From Octopus bimaculoides (Eukaryota): a stretch of 64,000 nt of DNA. Both the position numbers and the translations under genes were made by a program. Every line of letters begins with the position of its first letter. Positions within the stretch are counted from its first letter, which is position 1. The notes under the pieces are model-generated. The model ran no database searches. It was not told the DNA's origin and saw nothing but the letters and a program-made list of their open reading frames with translations. The stretch covers positions 65,607,413 to 65,671,412 of the forward strand of contig NC_068992.1 in NCBI RefSeq assembly GCF_001194135.2, written 5' to 3'. This document shows, piece after piece, positions 23,936 through 35,928 of the stretch.

Positions 23936-24667
23936 GCATTTCAATGATAAAAGAACCGATTCACAGATATATGCCAGAGTTAAGTGTATATGCAGGTTAT
24001 GTGCACATAAACATCCAATGCTTTTATGAATATTTACATATAATACCAAATATGATATCTGTATTATGTTATGCAATTTTGCATGTATAGAAATATCTAT
24101 TTACACACATGCAAATCTACATAATACATACGTCATATTTATGTATATATTTATGTACATTAATGCACACATATGTGTGATATTCTGAACAACCGTAAAC
24201 ATGTTTTTAGTTTGGTTTGTATTAAGACAGCAAAGGGTTGCATCTTATGAGTGAGAGAGATTAATGAAGATGTTTACCTCCATCATCACAGATCTTACTG
24301 TAATGGCAATAACAGATCTAGGATCAAAGAATAATGATGTAAGAATAAAACGGCGAAGGTATAACAATAATGATGATGATGATGATAATAACAACAACAA
24401 CAACAATAATAATAATGATAATAATAATGATAATGATATTAATAATAATAATAATTGCTTTAAAGTGTATATTGTGCCAATAATTGTTGTTGTTGCCCTT
24501 GGTACAGTGATCAAAGAGATAAAAATCGAAAAACAGCATCGCTTGGCCAGGGAAAGAGTCTCAGCAAAGTGTTTGAGACTTGAAAAAACAATATATCAGT
24601 TTAGTTCATGGGAAGTGAGCAGCTGGTACAGTAAATGACACCTGCAGCAACGAGGTGAGAATGGTGG

Positions 24668-24716
<49 letters not shown>

Positions 24717-25109
24717 AAGGAGGAGGAGGAGGGGGGAGAAGATGATGTGGAGAAGAAGAAGAAGATATGGAATTACTGAAACGAAAACGACCGCCAAAAG
24801 AAGGGGAAGTTCCAAGGAGATTTCGTGTCTCCACTTTTTTTCTCTGTGTCACTTAAGATAATTGTTCCCAAAGACCTGAACTCGGATGGAAAGCAAATCC
24901 CTAAAAGACGCTCAACTATCTTTTGCATATGAATAATTTCTTTAAGTTTTACGGTGCCAATGATAACCAATTAGAAACACTGCTGCAGAGGATGCAGGGA
25001 TTTACTTGAGATCAGGGTGGTGTACATGATGATGATGATGATGATGATGTGCACATTTTAAACACACACTATATCCACAACCCCACCCTATAAGATGCAA
25101 CCCAGATAC

Positions 25110-25570
25110 ACAGCGCATCCTAAAATCGTACAGACCACACTAAAATCAATAGAGAATATATTACAAGACATAAAAAGCCTTGGTCGATGCAGAGAAACCC
25201 CTACAGTCTGTGACACAAACATGCAACACACTACAACAACTGCAACCAATACTATATACCTCACACTACAACCAACAACTACGTCATACCCTAGATTGAT
25301 TCTCCTACATCTGCTTCTCTTTATTATCGTTACTCACACAGCATTATCAACTTGGAGCTAACAAGTTGCCACTTTAATCAACCTCCTCCTTTAATAGTCC
25401 CACCACGCTTTTTTCAACAGCTCTGCTCTATCTAACGCACCAAAGATCTCACCTAACACTTTCCCTCACAGAACTCTAGACCTTTCAAATTGCTTTCCTG
25501 GTCACGATTTTCCTACAGGGATAGATCTTCATAAATTCAAAAGAAATATCAACCACACAGATTTCATTAG
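25110..25570 (+). pseudogene. Decayed CR1/Jockey-group LINE, C-terminal ORF2 region
   Basis: Broken frames give SLYYRYSH and FPHRTLDLSNCFPGHDFPTGIDLHKFKRNIN, resembling the post-RT SLFYRY.HG ... FFPRT..LWNSLP...FP...DL..FK.NVN signature. C/A-rich sense strand. Confidence 0.55.
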
Positions 25571-26061
25571 TCTGAGAATCTGGAAAGACATTTAAAGATC
25601 ATATCCACCCATTCCTTTCACAAAGTCAATGCAAAAAAAATAAATCTAACATTCATAAATGTTAAAGATTTTTCTAGAATAAGACACTGTTGATCGATAA
25701 GCACAGCGAATTTGTCTCATTTCTTTTCAAGTCCCATCTTTCAGACATGCATATCAATTGATTTTTTGGTCGTATAGAAGCCCTAAATTCCAATATTCTT
25801 GATTTTAGAGAAAATTCGATTATTATTTTTATTAATATATTTGTGTTTTTTTTTCTGTTTTGGGGATTAAATGGAAACTTCTGTATATAACTGCGTTTAT
25901 AAAATATAAAATAAAACTGACTTCAATACAGAGAATGATGAATATATAATAACGGAAACATTATAATGATATCTTAGTAAAAGTGATAATTAACAACTTA
26001 ATATAATTAGTATTAATACAGTATACTTGTCACCTGATAGGTGTACTTGTAATAATTTCTT

Positions 26062-26134
26062 TAAATGCATCATATTTAGTTTAATGTTATTTAGATAAAT
26101 GCATCATATTTAGTTTAATGTTATTTAGATAAAT
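26062..26134. repeat. 34-bp perfect tandem duplication
   Basis: taaatgcatcatatttagtttaatgttatttaga occurs twice, followed by taaat. Confidence 0.95.
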
Positions 26135-26154
26135 AAGGTATGGTAGCTATACAC

Positions 26155-26385
26155 TTTTCGTTTCAAATTTTGGCACAAAGCCAGCAATTTCGAAGAAGAT
26201 GTTTATATCGATTACATTGAGCCCAATGTTCAACAGGTACTTATCCCACTGCTCAAATGGCACTTATTCTAACGAGCTCCAAAGGATGAAAGGCAAAGTC
26301 GACCTCGGCGAGATTTGAACACAGAACATACAGACGGACGAAATGCCGCTAAGAATTTGTCCGACCTGGCTAAGGATTCTGCCAG
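26155..26385 (-). mobile_element. SINE family B, near full length, with an internal insertion
   Basis: aggatgaaaggcaaagtcgacctcggcgagatttgaacacagaac...gacggacgaaatgccgctaag...gattctgccag. Confidence 0.85.
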
Positions 26386-26461
26386 TGTTACTCTGTCATA
26401 TTGATAAAAGTTTCAAAGTTACACTAGAAATAACACGCACACACATGCACGCACGCACACG

Positions 26462-26508
<47 letters not shown>

Positions 26509-27026
26509 ACTCACACACAAATATAGTTTAATAATCGGAAAAGTTGCAGAATGATTCAAGGGCCGAGACTGTTGTGTGTTGAGTCACCCTGTAACTTCAA
26601 ATGATTATAAATAAAAATATGTTGTGTTCTCTTTTCCTGTTCACATCGCCAAAGNNNNNNNNNNNNNNNNNNNNNNNNNNNNNNNNNNNNNNNNNNNNNN
26701 NNNNNNNNNNNNNNNNNNNNNNNNNNNNNNNNNNNNNTATATATATATATATGCATCTATGTGTATTTACAAATATGTGAGCGTATATGTGTGTGTGAAA
26801 GAGAGAAAGAGATAGACAGATAGAGAGAGAGAGAATATAAAGTGTACATAACGTGATTTCATGCTCTGAATTGTGTGGTTGTAGAATCATATTTTTTTTA
26901 AAACTTCCTTTCATCCTTCTTTGGTCGATGAAAGAGAACTTGGTCAGGCCCTGCAGTCGATGTAACCAAGTACGTCCTTTGGAAATACTGCGTGATATGG
27001 TACTTCTTTAAAACTCATTAGTTTAG

Positions 27027-27103
27027 AAACATAATTACAACGGTGAAGTTGAAGAGAAGCCAGACTGTCTGACTGAATATGATTATCAATAAATATTTCT
27101 GCT
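27027..27103 (+). repeat. 77-bp dispersed repeat, second copy at 32554-32630
   Basis: aaacataa(t/c)taca(a/g)cggtgaagttgaagagaag(c/a)cagactgtctgactgaatatga(t/a)tatcaataaatatttctgct; 4 mismatches. Confidence 0.92.
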
Positions 27104-27301
27104 CTTGAACTCTCTGAGTTCAGATTCTGCCCACATCATTCTCAATATATAAGTGGTATCATAAATACAACTTATGAACTACATTGATTATATTCTTATC
27201 AAAAGACTTTAACTTGTCTATCACTACAGAAATCAAAGTAATTTACAAAATATTTGGATGAGTAAGGTTATAAACTATACTGGAATATATGCACATTCGC
27301 T

Positions 27302-27347
<46 letters not shown>

Positions 27348-27620
27348 NNNNNNNNNNNNNNNNNNNNNNNNNNNNNNNNNNNNNNNNNNNNNNNNNNNNN
27401 NNNNNNNNNNNNNNNNNNNNNNNNNNNNNNNNNNNNNNNNNNNNNNNNNNNNNNNNNNNNNNNNNNNNNNNNNNNNNNNNNNNNNNNNNNNNNNNNNNNN
27501 NNNNNNNNNNNNNNNNNNNNNNNNNNNNNNNNNNNNNNNNNNNNNNNNNNNNNNNNNNNNNNNNNNNNNNNNNNNNNNNNNNNNNNNNNNNNNNNNNNNN
27601 NNNNNNNNNNNNNNNNNNNN

Positions 27621-27680
<60 letters not shown>

Positions 27681-27779
27681 GGTGTTGAAACCATAATGAT
27701 ATCCGTGGGACAGCTGATGATGAAGGCATGTTAGATTGTTGGTATGGCTGTTTTTGTTTATGTGGCATAGTATTATTGG

Positions 27780-27892
27780 ATTGTTGATACGATTGTGTCT
27801 TGGAGAATTCTCGAACCTAGGCTACTAACCCCAAGATTCTGAGTTCGATTCCCGTCAGTGACCTGAATAATAATAACAACAACAACAACAAC

Positions 27893-27959
<67 letters not shown>

Positions 27960-28135
27960 TCGAAAAATACCTTAGATATGAGAACCCAGGTTCGAAATTT
28001 CCCCAAGAAACCTGATGAAGGCTGGAGGGTATATCAGCCGAAACGTGTTAACAACAAACAAGATGAGGACAAATATCCGTCAATTGTAAATAATGTAAAT
28101 AATGTACATAATTCCTCATCTCTTAAATATAGGAC
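27780..28135 (+). mobile_element. Composite element: tRNA-like B box + (AAT)n + Penelope-like hammerhead-bearing 3' part (family H3)
   Basis: B box gagttcgattccc 27841-27853; (AAT)n about 27866-27957; CUGAUGA-A-GGCUG(10-nt loop)CAGCC-GAAAC at 28012-28044; inverted repeat 27795-27821 / 27985-28011 (22 of 27 matches). Confidence 0.65.
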
Positions 28136-28536
28136 TGCCTACATTCCTGTAGCCAAGTAAAATATCTATCACATGTGAAACTTGAGTGTCTGTGTACGTT
28201 AGAGTCGATTAAGATGTCACTCACAATAACTAACAAACGAACTGAACCTTGTGCATTGATCCGGCATAAAAGTACCCTAAATGGTACTCGAGGTCGTTTT
28301 TAACGGAGGAGAAACATCTCCTAGATGCTATTTTAAACATGTTCAAAGGAGTAAATGAACTTTTATTTGTAATGTACGAAATTATAAACGTGCTCTTAGC
28401 AGTAACGACGTCTTAAATGTATGATACCCATTACGGGATATCAACTTAATGAGCCTCTGACAACTGGAAGGGATACGCACTGTCATGTATATACGGTTTT
28501 GCGAGCGTGTGTGTATGTGAGTGTGTGTGTGTATGT

Positions 28537-28597
<61 letters not shown>

Positions 28598-28751
28598 AGA
28601 AAGAGCTAGTGTATGTCCGTGCATCTCAGTGCATTTACGTCTTTCGATCTATGGAGGATTTCAATTTAGATATTTTGGTGGAGAGAAACAAGAAAACTTA
28701 ATTATAAAAAAGAAAGTACTTATTGCTGGAGTACGCACGCACACCTATTGC

Positions 28752-28809
<58 letters not shown>

Positions 28810-29446
28810 TGATCTGCACATATACGTAGCAATACATATCTGTATATATATCTGTATATGCATATATGTAAATAAATTAGCGTATATATAAATAAACATA
28901 AATATTTGTAAAAACACATTTCTGCATATATATATTTTTGCATATACATGCATATATGTATACACGTATACAATAATGTATATATATATATATAGAGAGA
29001 GATATATAATTATATATATTTACATATATAGAGTTACATGTGTGTATATATATTTATACCAAGGAGGAAAATACAGAAGATGAGATGCAAACGGTTTAGA
29101 AAAAGAAAAAAAAACTGCCTTAGAATCTGAAAAAAATATTTCCAGATTGCCCTTCATCTCATCTCTAAGACGGTATATATGGAAGCACTTATGTAGCATT
29201 GCTGCATCTTACCAATAATTCTACAGACACTGAAATCGATCGATTATTCATATATTTAATAATTTATTTCTTTTGCTTCTTCTGAAATGCAGCTGCAACC
29301 GTAGAAGATTAAAAGATGCTGAACGTGGTACAACATTCTGCTCCAAGACATTATCACCAATTCATAGCTTCTCTTTATGATTTTGGCATGAAGATTTTAA
29401 AATTCTTTTTTTTTTTCTCTTTTCCCCCTCTGCCTACTCCTCTTCT

Positions 29447-29480
<34 letters not shown>

Positions 29481-30151
29481 CTTCTTCTTCTTCTTCTTCT
29501 TCTTCTTCTTCTTCTTCTTCTTCTTCTTCTACGTCGACGTCGTCGTCGTTGTAGTTCAGAAATTCTTCATCGTCTCATATTTTGTACTTCCTTTTTTTCC
29601 CTTCTTTCTTTCTTCCCTTTTCTTCCTTTCTTTATTTCTTTCCTTTCTTCTGTCTTCCTTTTTTTTTCTACACTTATTAATTGCCATTCAGCCGTTCAGA
29701 TACAGTTAAGGGGTGAGTTATTGGGTGTTTTCTGTTTTAGTGGGATCAGCGTGGGTTAGGGTCGGTGGGTCTTGTGTGGGCCTGCTGTTTGCACTCAGTA
29801 ATACAGCACCATTTCATTACAGTGCCGGTTTATCTCTCAGATGTTTTTCAATCCAACAAATTAGTTTCTTTTCTCTCTTTTACTTCTGGTGACTTGATTC
29901 TTTTTTCAATCCATTTGTGACATTATATACATATATGTAGCTATATATAATACATGCATATATACATATATTCATGCATGTGTACATTCATATATATCAT
30001 ATATATATATATATATAAAATATATTTTTGCATTTGAATAAATATATGTAGTTTTATATTTATAATGTACATATGCTTCTCAGTTCATATATGTATTTAA
30101 AGACATGTATGTACATGTATTCCTCCATATGTGCCTTTGTGTGTGTGTGTG

Positions 30152-30195
<44 letters not shown>

Positions 30196-31337
30196 AATAC
30201 TTGAATCAAAGATCAAGGAAGTTTGAAACCCAACGATAATTCAATATACATATGCACACATACATACACATAAATATACACGCAAACATATATGCATTAT
30301 ATTTTATATATATATATATGTGTGTGTGTGTATTACAAACACACACACATACACAGCTCTATGTTCGACTTTGATGTATTTTTAATAGCAATTTTCATAT
30401 TTCCTCATTAATACTTTATGTTCAATTTGGAACACTATCCTTCCTAAATCCATTATTCCATCAACTTCATGAAGCTCTCTCATTTCCATTCTCAGAATGA
30501 AATTATTACAAACTGGCATTTTTCCCGCGATTTTTGTTGAAATCGGAAACTAAGAGTCTCGGTAAATTTTCTTTCTTTTTTACCGAGGCAAAAATTTTAA
30601 AAAAATTACTGTGGTTAAACCCGGTAGCTTTCGTTGTTAATTTTGTGTTTATTTTCGATGTGGGTTGTATATGTGTGTCTTCTTTCTTTGTTGATTTTGG
30701 TGTCAATTAGTAAAGCTTTCATTCATGTGGAACTCTATATAGAATTACTGTTATTTGGGGTTATTGTTTCTGTTTCGATTTTTGTTGCATGTGCTCTATT
30801 GTAAGAATGTAGCTGTTTGTGCAAATATGGTCCGGTGAAACAATATTCAAAATATATCAACACCTAAAAATATGAGTTCGTTCAAATACCAAAAATAGAA
30901 TTCTTGCTTAAAATCAAACAGACATACCGAAACGAAAGAAAACCAGAAAAACAAACATGATTTAGTGAAACCTGTCTTTCAGCTTAAATATCTGAACGAT
31001 AATAGCATTTGCATCCAATATAGATTGAACTCTCTAAGAACTCTTTCATTTGCACCTTCGAGGCTCTAGGCCACATGTATGCTGTATACACCTTATACCT
31101 CTTATATCATTACAACATGTTTCTGCTCCTTAGAGATTGATAATAAACCTTACACCTCCTGCCTGTCCCTTTTCCTGTGAAATCCCTAGCTGACCGCATT
31201 TTCTAATATTTGCTCCCCTGGGTTTCTTTTCTCACCCAAGTGCCTTTCTTTGGTCTGTTTTTGCCCACCGACAAACATCATATCCATCATTTTGAACATT
31301 ATTGGAAGACTTGAACATTATTGGAAGTCGCACTTGG

Positions 31338-31408
31338 GGGGATTTGAACTCAAAACGTAAAGACGGACGAAATGCTGCCCAGCGTGCTAACGATTCTGCC
31401 AGCTCCCC
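31338..31408 (-). mobile_element. SINE family B, head fragment
   Basis: gatttgaactcaaaacgtaaagacggacgaaatgc...gctaacgattctgccagctc. Confidence 0.8.
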
Positions 31409-31500
31409 AAACACTTGTTAATATTCATGTGGTAATGTTCTAATATTCATGTAGTAATATTCTCTAACGCTTTCGCCACATGTAATTTTTGTATTATACA

Positions 31501-31872
31501 CTTTTACTCTTTTACTTGTTTCAGTCATTAAACTACGGCCATGCTGGGGCACCGGCATGAATAATGTTTGTCAAACGAATCGATCCCAGCACTTTTATGT
31601 TAAGACCGGTTCTTATTTTATCGGTTCCTTTTGCCGAATCCCTAAGTTACAGCGACATATACACACCAAAACCAGTTGTCGGACGGTGGTGGGGGACAAA
31701 CACTGACACACATAGACACATACACATATATTCGATGGGCTTCTTTCAGTTTCCCGCTACTAAGTTCACTCTCAAGGTTTGGGTCGGCCTAAAACCACAG
31801 TAGCAAGCATTCGCCTAAAGTGCTCACAGTGGGACTGAACCTGGAACCATGTGGTTTGGAAATAAACTTATT
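31501..31872 (-). mobile_element. SINE family A, near full length, tRNA-derived
   Basis: Minus strand: accacatggttccaggttcagtcccac (B box), body aactgaaagaagccc, internal (TG)n/(CA)n, tail gactgaaacaagtaaaagagtaaaag. Confidence 0.88.
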
Positions 31873-32553
31873 TTTAATGAATTTCAACTAATTCAGCCAT
31901 CAATAATAATCCCTAGTATGTTTCTGTCGGGTAATGTAATCTAGGCTAATCGTGTTCACCGTACCATTCACTATCCTCGCATCATTTGTAAACAGGAACC
32001 GCAAAGGAGACTCACGTCGTGGATAAACAAGATAACATTTAACAAGCGAAAATTATTTAAATCCGCAAGAGCATGGCGCCATGTTGGATATAATTAAAGA
32101 AATAGGAACACGAACAAAAGGAAGTCATTGAAGCTATTAGAGGACATATTAATTGCAATCCTTGGCGTAAATAAATAACAGATAGGTTGTTGTTTTCTTG
32201 TTTAATCCCAAATGAACTTTAATCATGTAGATTTATGATTAAGCTGGTGACTACCGACCTTATTGAAGACTGAATAGCAGAGAATATATTATTTATTGTC
32301 TTTTCTTTTTCATAAGACGGTTGGTTGTAATTTGAAGCAGATGTGCTTGCTATTTCTAGCAAGTGAATTGGCTTCGTATAGTTTTGTAGAGTAAATCATT
32401 TTGTACGGTTTGTGCTAAATTCGAGATCAGCTGTTCTCGTAGTTACCTTAACCTCAATCCTGGTAACAATGTTAGCAATTAGAACAAAAGCTTCCTCACA
32501 AAATAAATTAGCGATATTTTGACGTTGTACTGTTTTATTTATCATTATTTTGC

Positions 32554-32630
32554 AAACATAACTACAGCGGTGAAGTTGAAGAGAAGACAGACTGTCTGAC
32601 TGAATATGAATATCAATAAATATTTCTGCT
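32554..32630 (+). repeat. Second copy of the 77-bp dispersed repeat
   Basis: Matches 27027-27103 with 4 mismatches. Confidence 0.92.
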
Positions 32631-32910
32631 TATGTATTCTTTTACTGACTTTTAAACGTCACAAACACCTATGTGTTGTTCATTATAATGAGGGCATAGA
32701 CACAAAAGTGTGGCGATTGTGGAACGGTCGGGGGTCGAAGGTGTAAGGAAATCTTCGCGAGGAGAATTGATTAGAAAGGGAATTGTCAGTAGCCAAGCGT
32801 AAGACACAGTGACTACTAAGATGTACCAAGTACTAGCAAGTAATAGAGTTACTAATAAATAGCAATGTGCTAACAAGTACTAGTAATATTAGCAAGTAGC
32901 AATGTTACTA

Positions 32911-33115
32911 TTAGGTTTGTGCATAAATTATTGCGGCTTTTTTTCTAGAAATTTTATTCAACAAAAAATTTTAACAAAACGTCAAGCAAAAATTGAAGTA
33001 GATGGTGATTATGCTTCGGAATAATCATTTAAAGATGTTTTTGTTAAATGTTGTTATTGTTTTTGTTGAATAAAATTTATTGAAAAAGACCCGCAATAAT
33101 TATGCACCAACCTAA
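32911..33115 (+). mobile_element. Mariner-derived MITE with TIRs and TA target duplication
   Basis: TA|ttaggtttgtgcataaattattgcgg ... ccgcaataattatgcaccaacctaa|TA. The interior retains KRQAKIEVDGDYASE*, like a mariner transposase C-terminus. Confidence 0.88.
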
Positions 33116-33404
33116 TATCAATCGTATGACTCTGACCAAATAGAAACGTTAGCATGCCGGGCAAATTTTCGCTGAGATTTTGCCTTGAATCTTTTGGGGG
33201 TGGGTCAACTAAATAAAAACCAGTTAATTACGGNNNNNNNNNNNNNNNNNNNNNNNNNNNNNNNNNNNNNNNNNNNNNNNNNNNNNNNNNNNNNNNNNNN
33301 NNNNNNNNNNNNNNNNNNNNNNNNNNNNNNNNNNNNNNNNNNNNNNNNNNNNNNNNNNNNNNNNNNNNNNNNNNNNNNNNNNNNNNNNNNNNNNNNNNNN
33401 NNNN

Positions 33405-33507
33405 TTCGGAATAATCATTTAAAGATGTTTTTGTTAAATGTTGTTATTGTTTTTGTTGAATAAAATTTATTGAAAAAGACCCGCAATAATTATGCACCAA
33501 CCCAATA
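33405..33507 (+). mobile_element. Second copy of the right half of the mariner MITE, directly after an N-gap
   Basis: Matches 33016-33117 except cccaata vs cctaata; the right flank differs. Confidence 0.8.
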
Positions 33508-33829
33508 CTTTTTTATATTTCTTTTTGCAAACCTCAAGAAATGTCTGACGAAAAACTGAAGAAACTTGAATTTTAAGAAAGAGAAAAAAAGTAAGACATT
33601 TTTTTTTTTAAGACAGAAGCTAAGTGTAAAAAATGGAAAGAAATGGAGAGAGAATAAAAGAGTGGAATCTTCTCAAATAATTCTTTGAGAATTTTCTGGA
33701 AGAGAATCTTGTGGGAATTGAAAGTAATCTAAGAAATTAGAATGGTTTCTGTGACATGATTGGTTTCATATCTGCTGTGGTGAATAGTCTTCAACTGATC
33801 CCCTTCAGCGCTGTCAATGGAGATGATGG

Positions 33830-34566
33830 CAAGGGCGGTGGTGTTGATGGCGGTGTTTGAGTGTTGGTGGTGAGTCGGTGGCGGAGGCGGTGGTGGTGGT
33901 GTCGGGTATGGTGGCGGTGGAATTGGCCGAGAGTGCTGATTGTGTCGGTGTTGGGCGTTGGTGGCGGTGATGCAAATGATTGCAGTGGTGGTGGTTGGGA
34001 TGGTTTTGGGAATGTAATGGTGCTGGTGCTGGTCGTTGTCGTCATGATTGGGGTGGTGAGGGTGATGATGATGAGGATGGTGTTGGTGATGGTCTTGGTG
34101 GCAGTCATGCTGAGGGTGGTTGCGGTGGTTGTGCTGCCAATGGTTGTGGTGATGGTGATGATAGTGTTGGCAATGGTGATGGTAGCGGCGTTGGCGGTGG
34201 CGGTGATGCAAATTGTGATTGCGGTGGTGTGGGTGGTGATGGTATCGGCTGAGGTAGCAAAGATAGTGTTTGTTGTAGTAGCGGTGGTTGTACGAGTGGT
34301 TTCGATATTTTGGTGGTGTTGATGGTGGTGTCGTCGACGGTGGCAATGTCTGGTTGAGGTGCTAGTGGTGGTGATACTGATGATGTTGGTTGTATTTTTG
34401 GCGGTGTTGGAATTGGTAAAACTGGTGGTGGTGGTGGTGGTGGGTTTAGTAATTGAAGTAGTGGTATGTTTGATTTTCAGGAATGCATCAAGTGAAAGTC
34501 AGGTGTTAGCCACTCCACTCCAAGTAATGTTAGAGTTCATGGCACTGCCAAAAGATGGTGGTAGTG

Positions 34567-34640
<74 letters not shown>
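33830..34640. repeat. Degenerate (GGT/GAT/GGC)n tract ending in (AGT)n
   Basis: Period-3 G/T-rich tract with an internal repeated word (ggcggtgatgcaaat at about 33963 and 34198). Confidence 0.85.
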
Positions 34641-34642
<2 letters not shown>

Positions 34643-35790
34643 GTTGATGGTAGAAGAAAATTGTGAACCAAAACTGAGGTATAGAACGTATGTGGATTGC
34701 TTGTGTGATTTTATGTATATGTATATGAATATACGTATATATATATATATGTGTGTAATACACACACACACACTGAGTAGAGTGAGATAATGAAAAAGTG
34801 GGATTGAAAGAAGGAAAGACCAACGCAATAGGACGGGACAGATGCACAATAAAAACTAATAAGTTGACATTAGAAGCCGTTGATAGTTGATTATGAAGAT
34901 CTGGATGTTGACTCTCCTCTGAATAAAGATGGAGGATGGAAACAGCTAAAGAAAGAAAGAAGAGAATGAAAAATATAAATGAGTTAGTCTAAATGAACCT
35001 ACAGGTGCTCATTGATTTGTACGGCAGCCGTTGAATGACCGGAGGTAGTGGGTCGGGCAAGGTTTAGGTTTGAGAACAAGAGAGTAAATTAGAGCCTTGT
35101 GAATTGTCTATTTGCGTGTGTTAGTGTGTGTATTCGCGAGTGTTACCCAAAGTAATTTTGTCGCCTTCCACTTCAACAAAATTTTCAGTTCTACCAGGAA
35201 CGAGAATTTGGGTAAGTTGTCCTTCTACCTGTTTCATGCATCTAGAATCTCTTTGACTGGGATTATCTCTGATCTCCTAGACTTGAAGGCTTTTCTGGTG
35301 GTTTATATAGCATAGTTATAACAAACTTAAACTTTCGATTGAAATAATATTATTTTAACAATAATTCGATCTTTGCCTTTCTGACGTCACTTTGTAATTA
35401 ATTATTTACATTAATCATTTTATTTAGTAACATATTGATCGTCAACGGATTAATATGTTGGTATAGGTTCGATCTCATTGTGGACAAGTGTATTCTCGAA
35501 TAATCACGCGTTCCACTCTGGACTTGTAACAGAAACAAGAGAGCCGGAAACTGTAGAGAAGCCTGCCGCCTTGCCTGTACCTGCTTTTGGATTTTAGAAT
35601 TAATTCTTCACCTCGTTTAATATCACAACCACCCGGACCTTGGGTCCCTTATGCGGAATCTATTTTGTTGTAAACATCCAGATTAGATCTCCGTAATTTT
35701 TCCTCCTTCCCTCAACCAGTCTTCGATATTCTCCAAACATCAGAAACGCCCTACTTCTCTCTCAGTCCTTGTCATTATATCTTCTTTGAT

Positions 35791-35928
35791 CCGCCAAGGT
35801 CGACTTTGCTTTCATCCTCTCGAGGACGATAAATTAAATTAAGTACCTATTGCGTACAGGGGTCGATCATATCGACTGGCCCCCTTCCCCAAAATTTCGG
35901 GCTCTGTGCCTGTAGTAGAAAAGATTTT
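35791..35928 (+). mobile_element. SINE family B, 3' two-thirds
   Basis: ccgccaaggtcgactttgctttcatcc...aagtacc...ggggtcgat...tgtgcctgtagtagaaaagatt. Confidence 0.85.

Noticed and set aside
29800-29825. Partial resemblance to miR-29 (agcaccattt); also miR-315-like at about 15950, miR-133-like at about 11420 and miR-10-like at about 26586
   Set aside because: Only 8-11 nt match, divergent 3' halves and no precursor hairpin.
33729-34346. 205-aa His/Pro/Thr-rich minus ORF and overlapping Gly- or Val-rich plus ORFs, considered as cephalopod His-rich beak or suckerin-like structural proteins
   Set aside because: Several frames on both strands are open because the DNA is a degenerate (GGT)n tract. 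There is no signal peptide, no regular GHG or GGY modules and no splice context.
35500-35625. Cys-rich frame (WTCNRNKRAGNCREACRLACTCF) and an overlapping Pro/Glu-rich frame
   Set aside because: Both are under about 50 codons, with no start or splice support; the Cys spacing matches no motif I can name.
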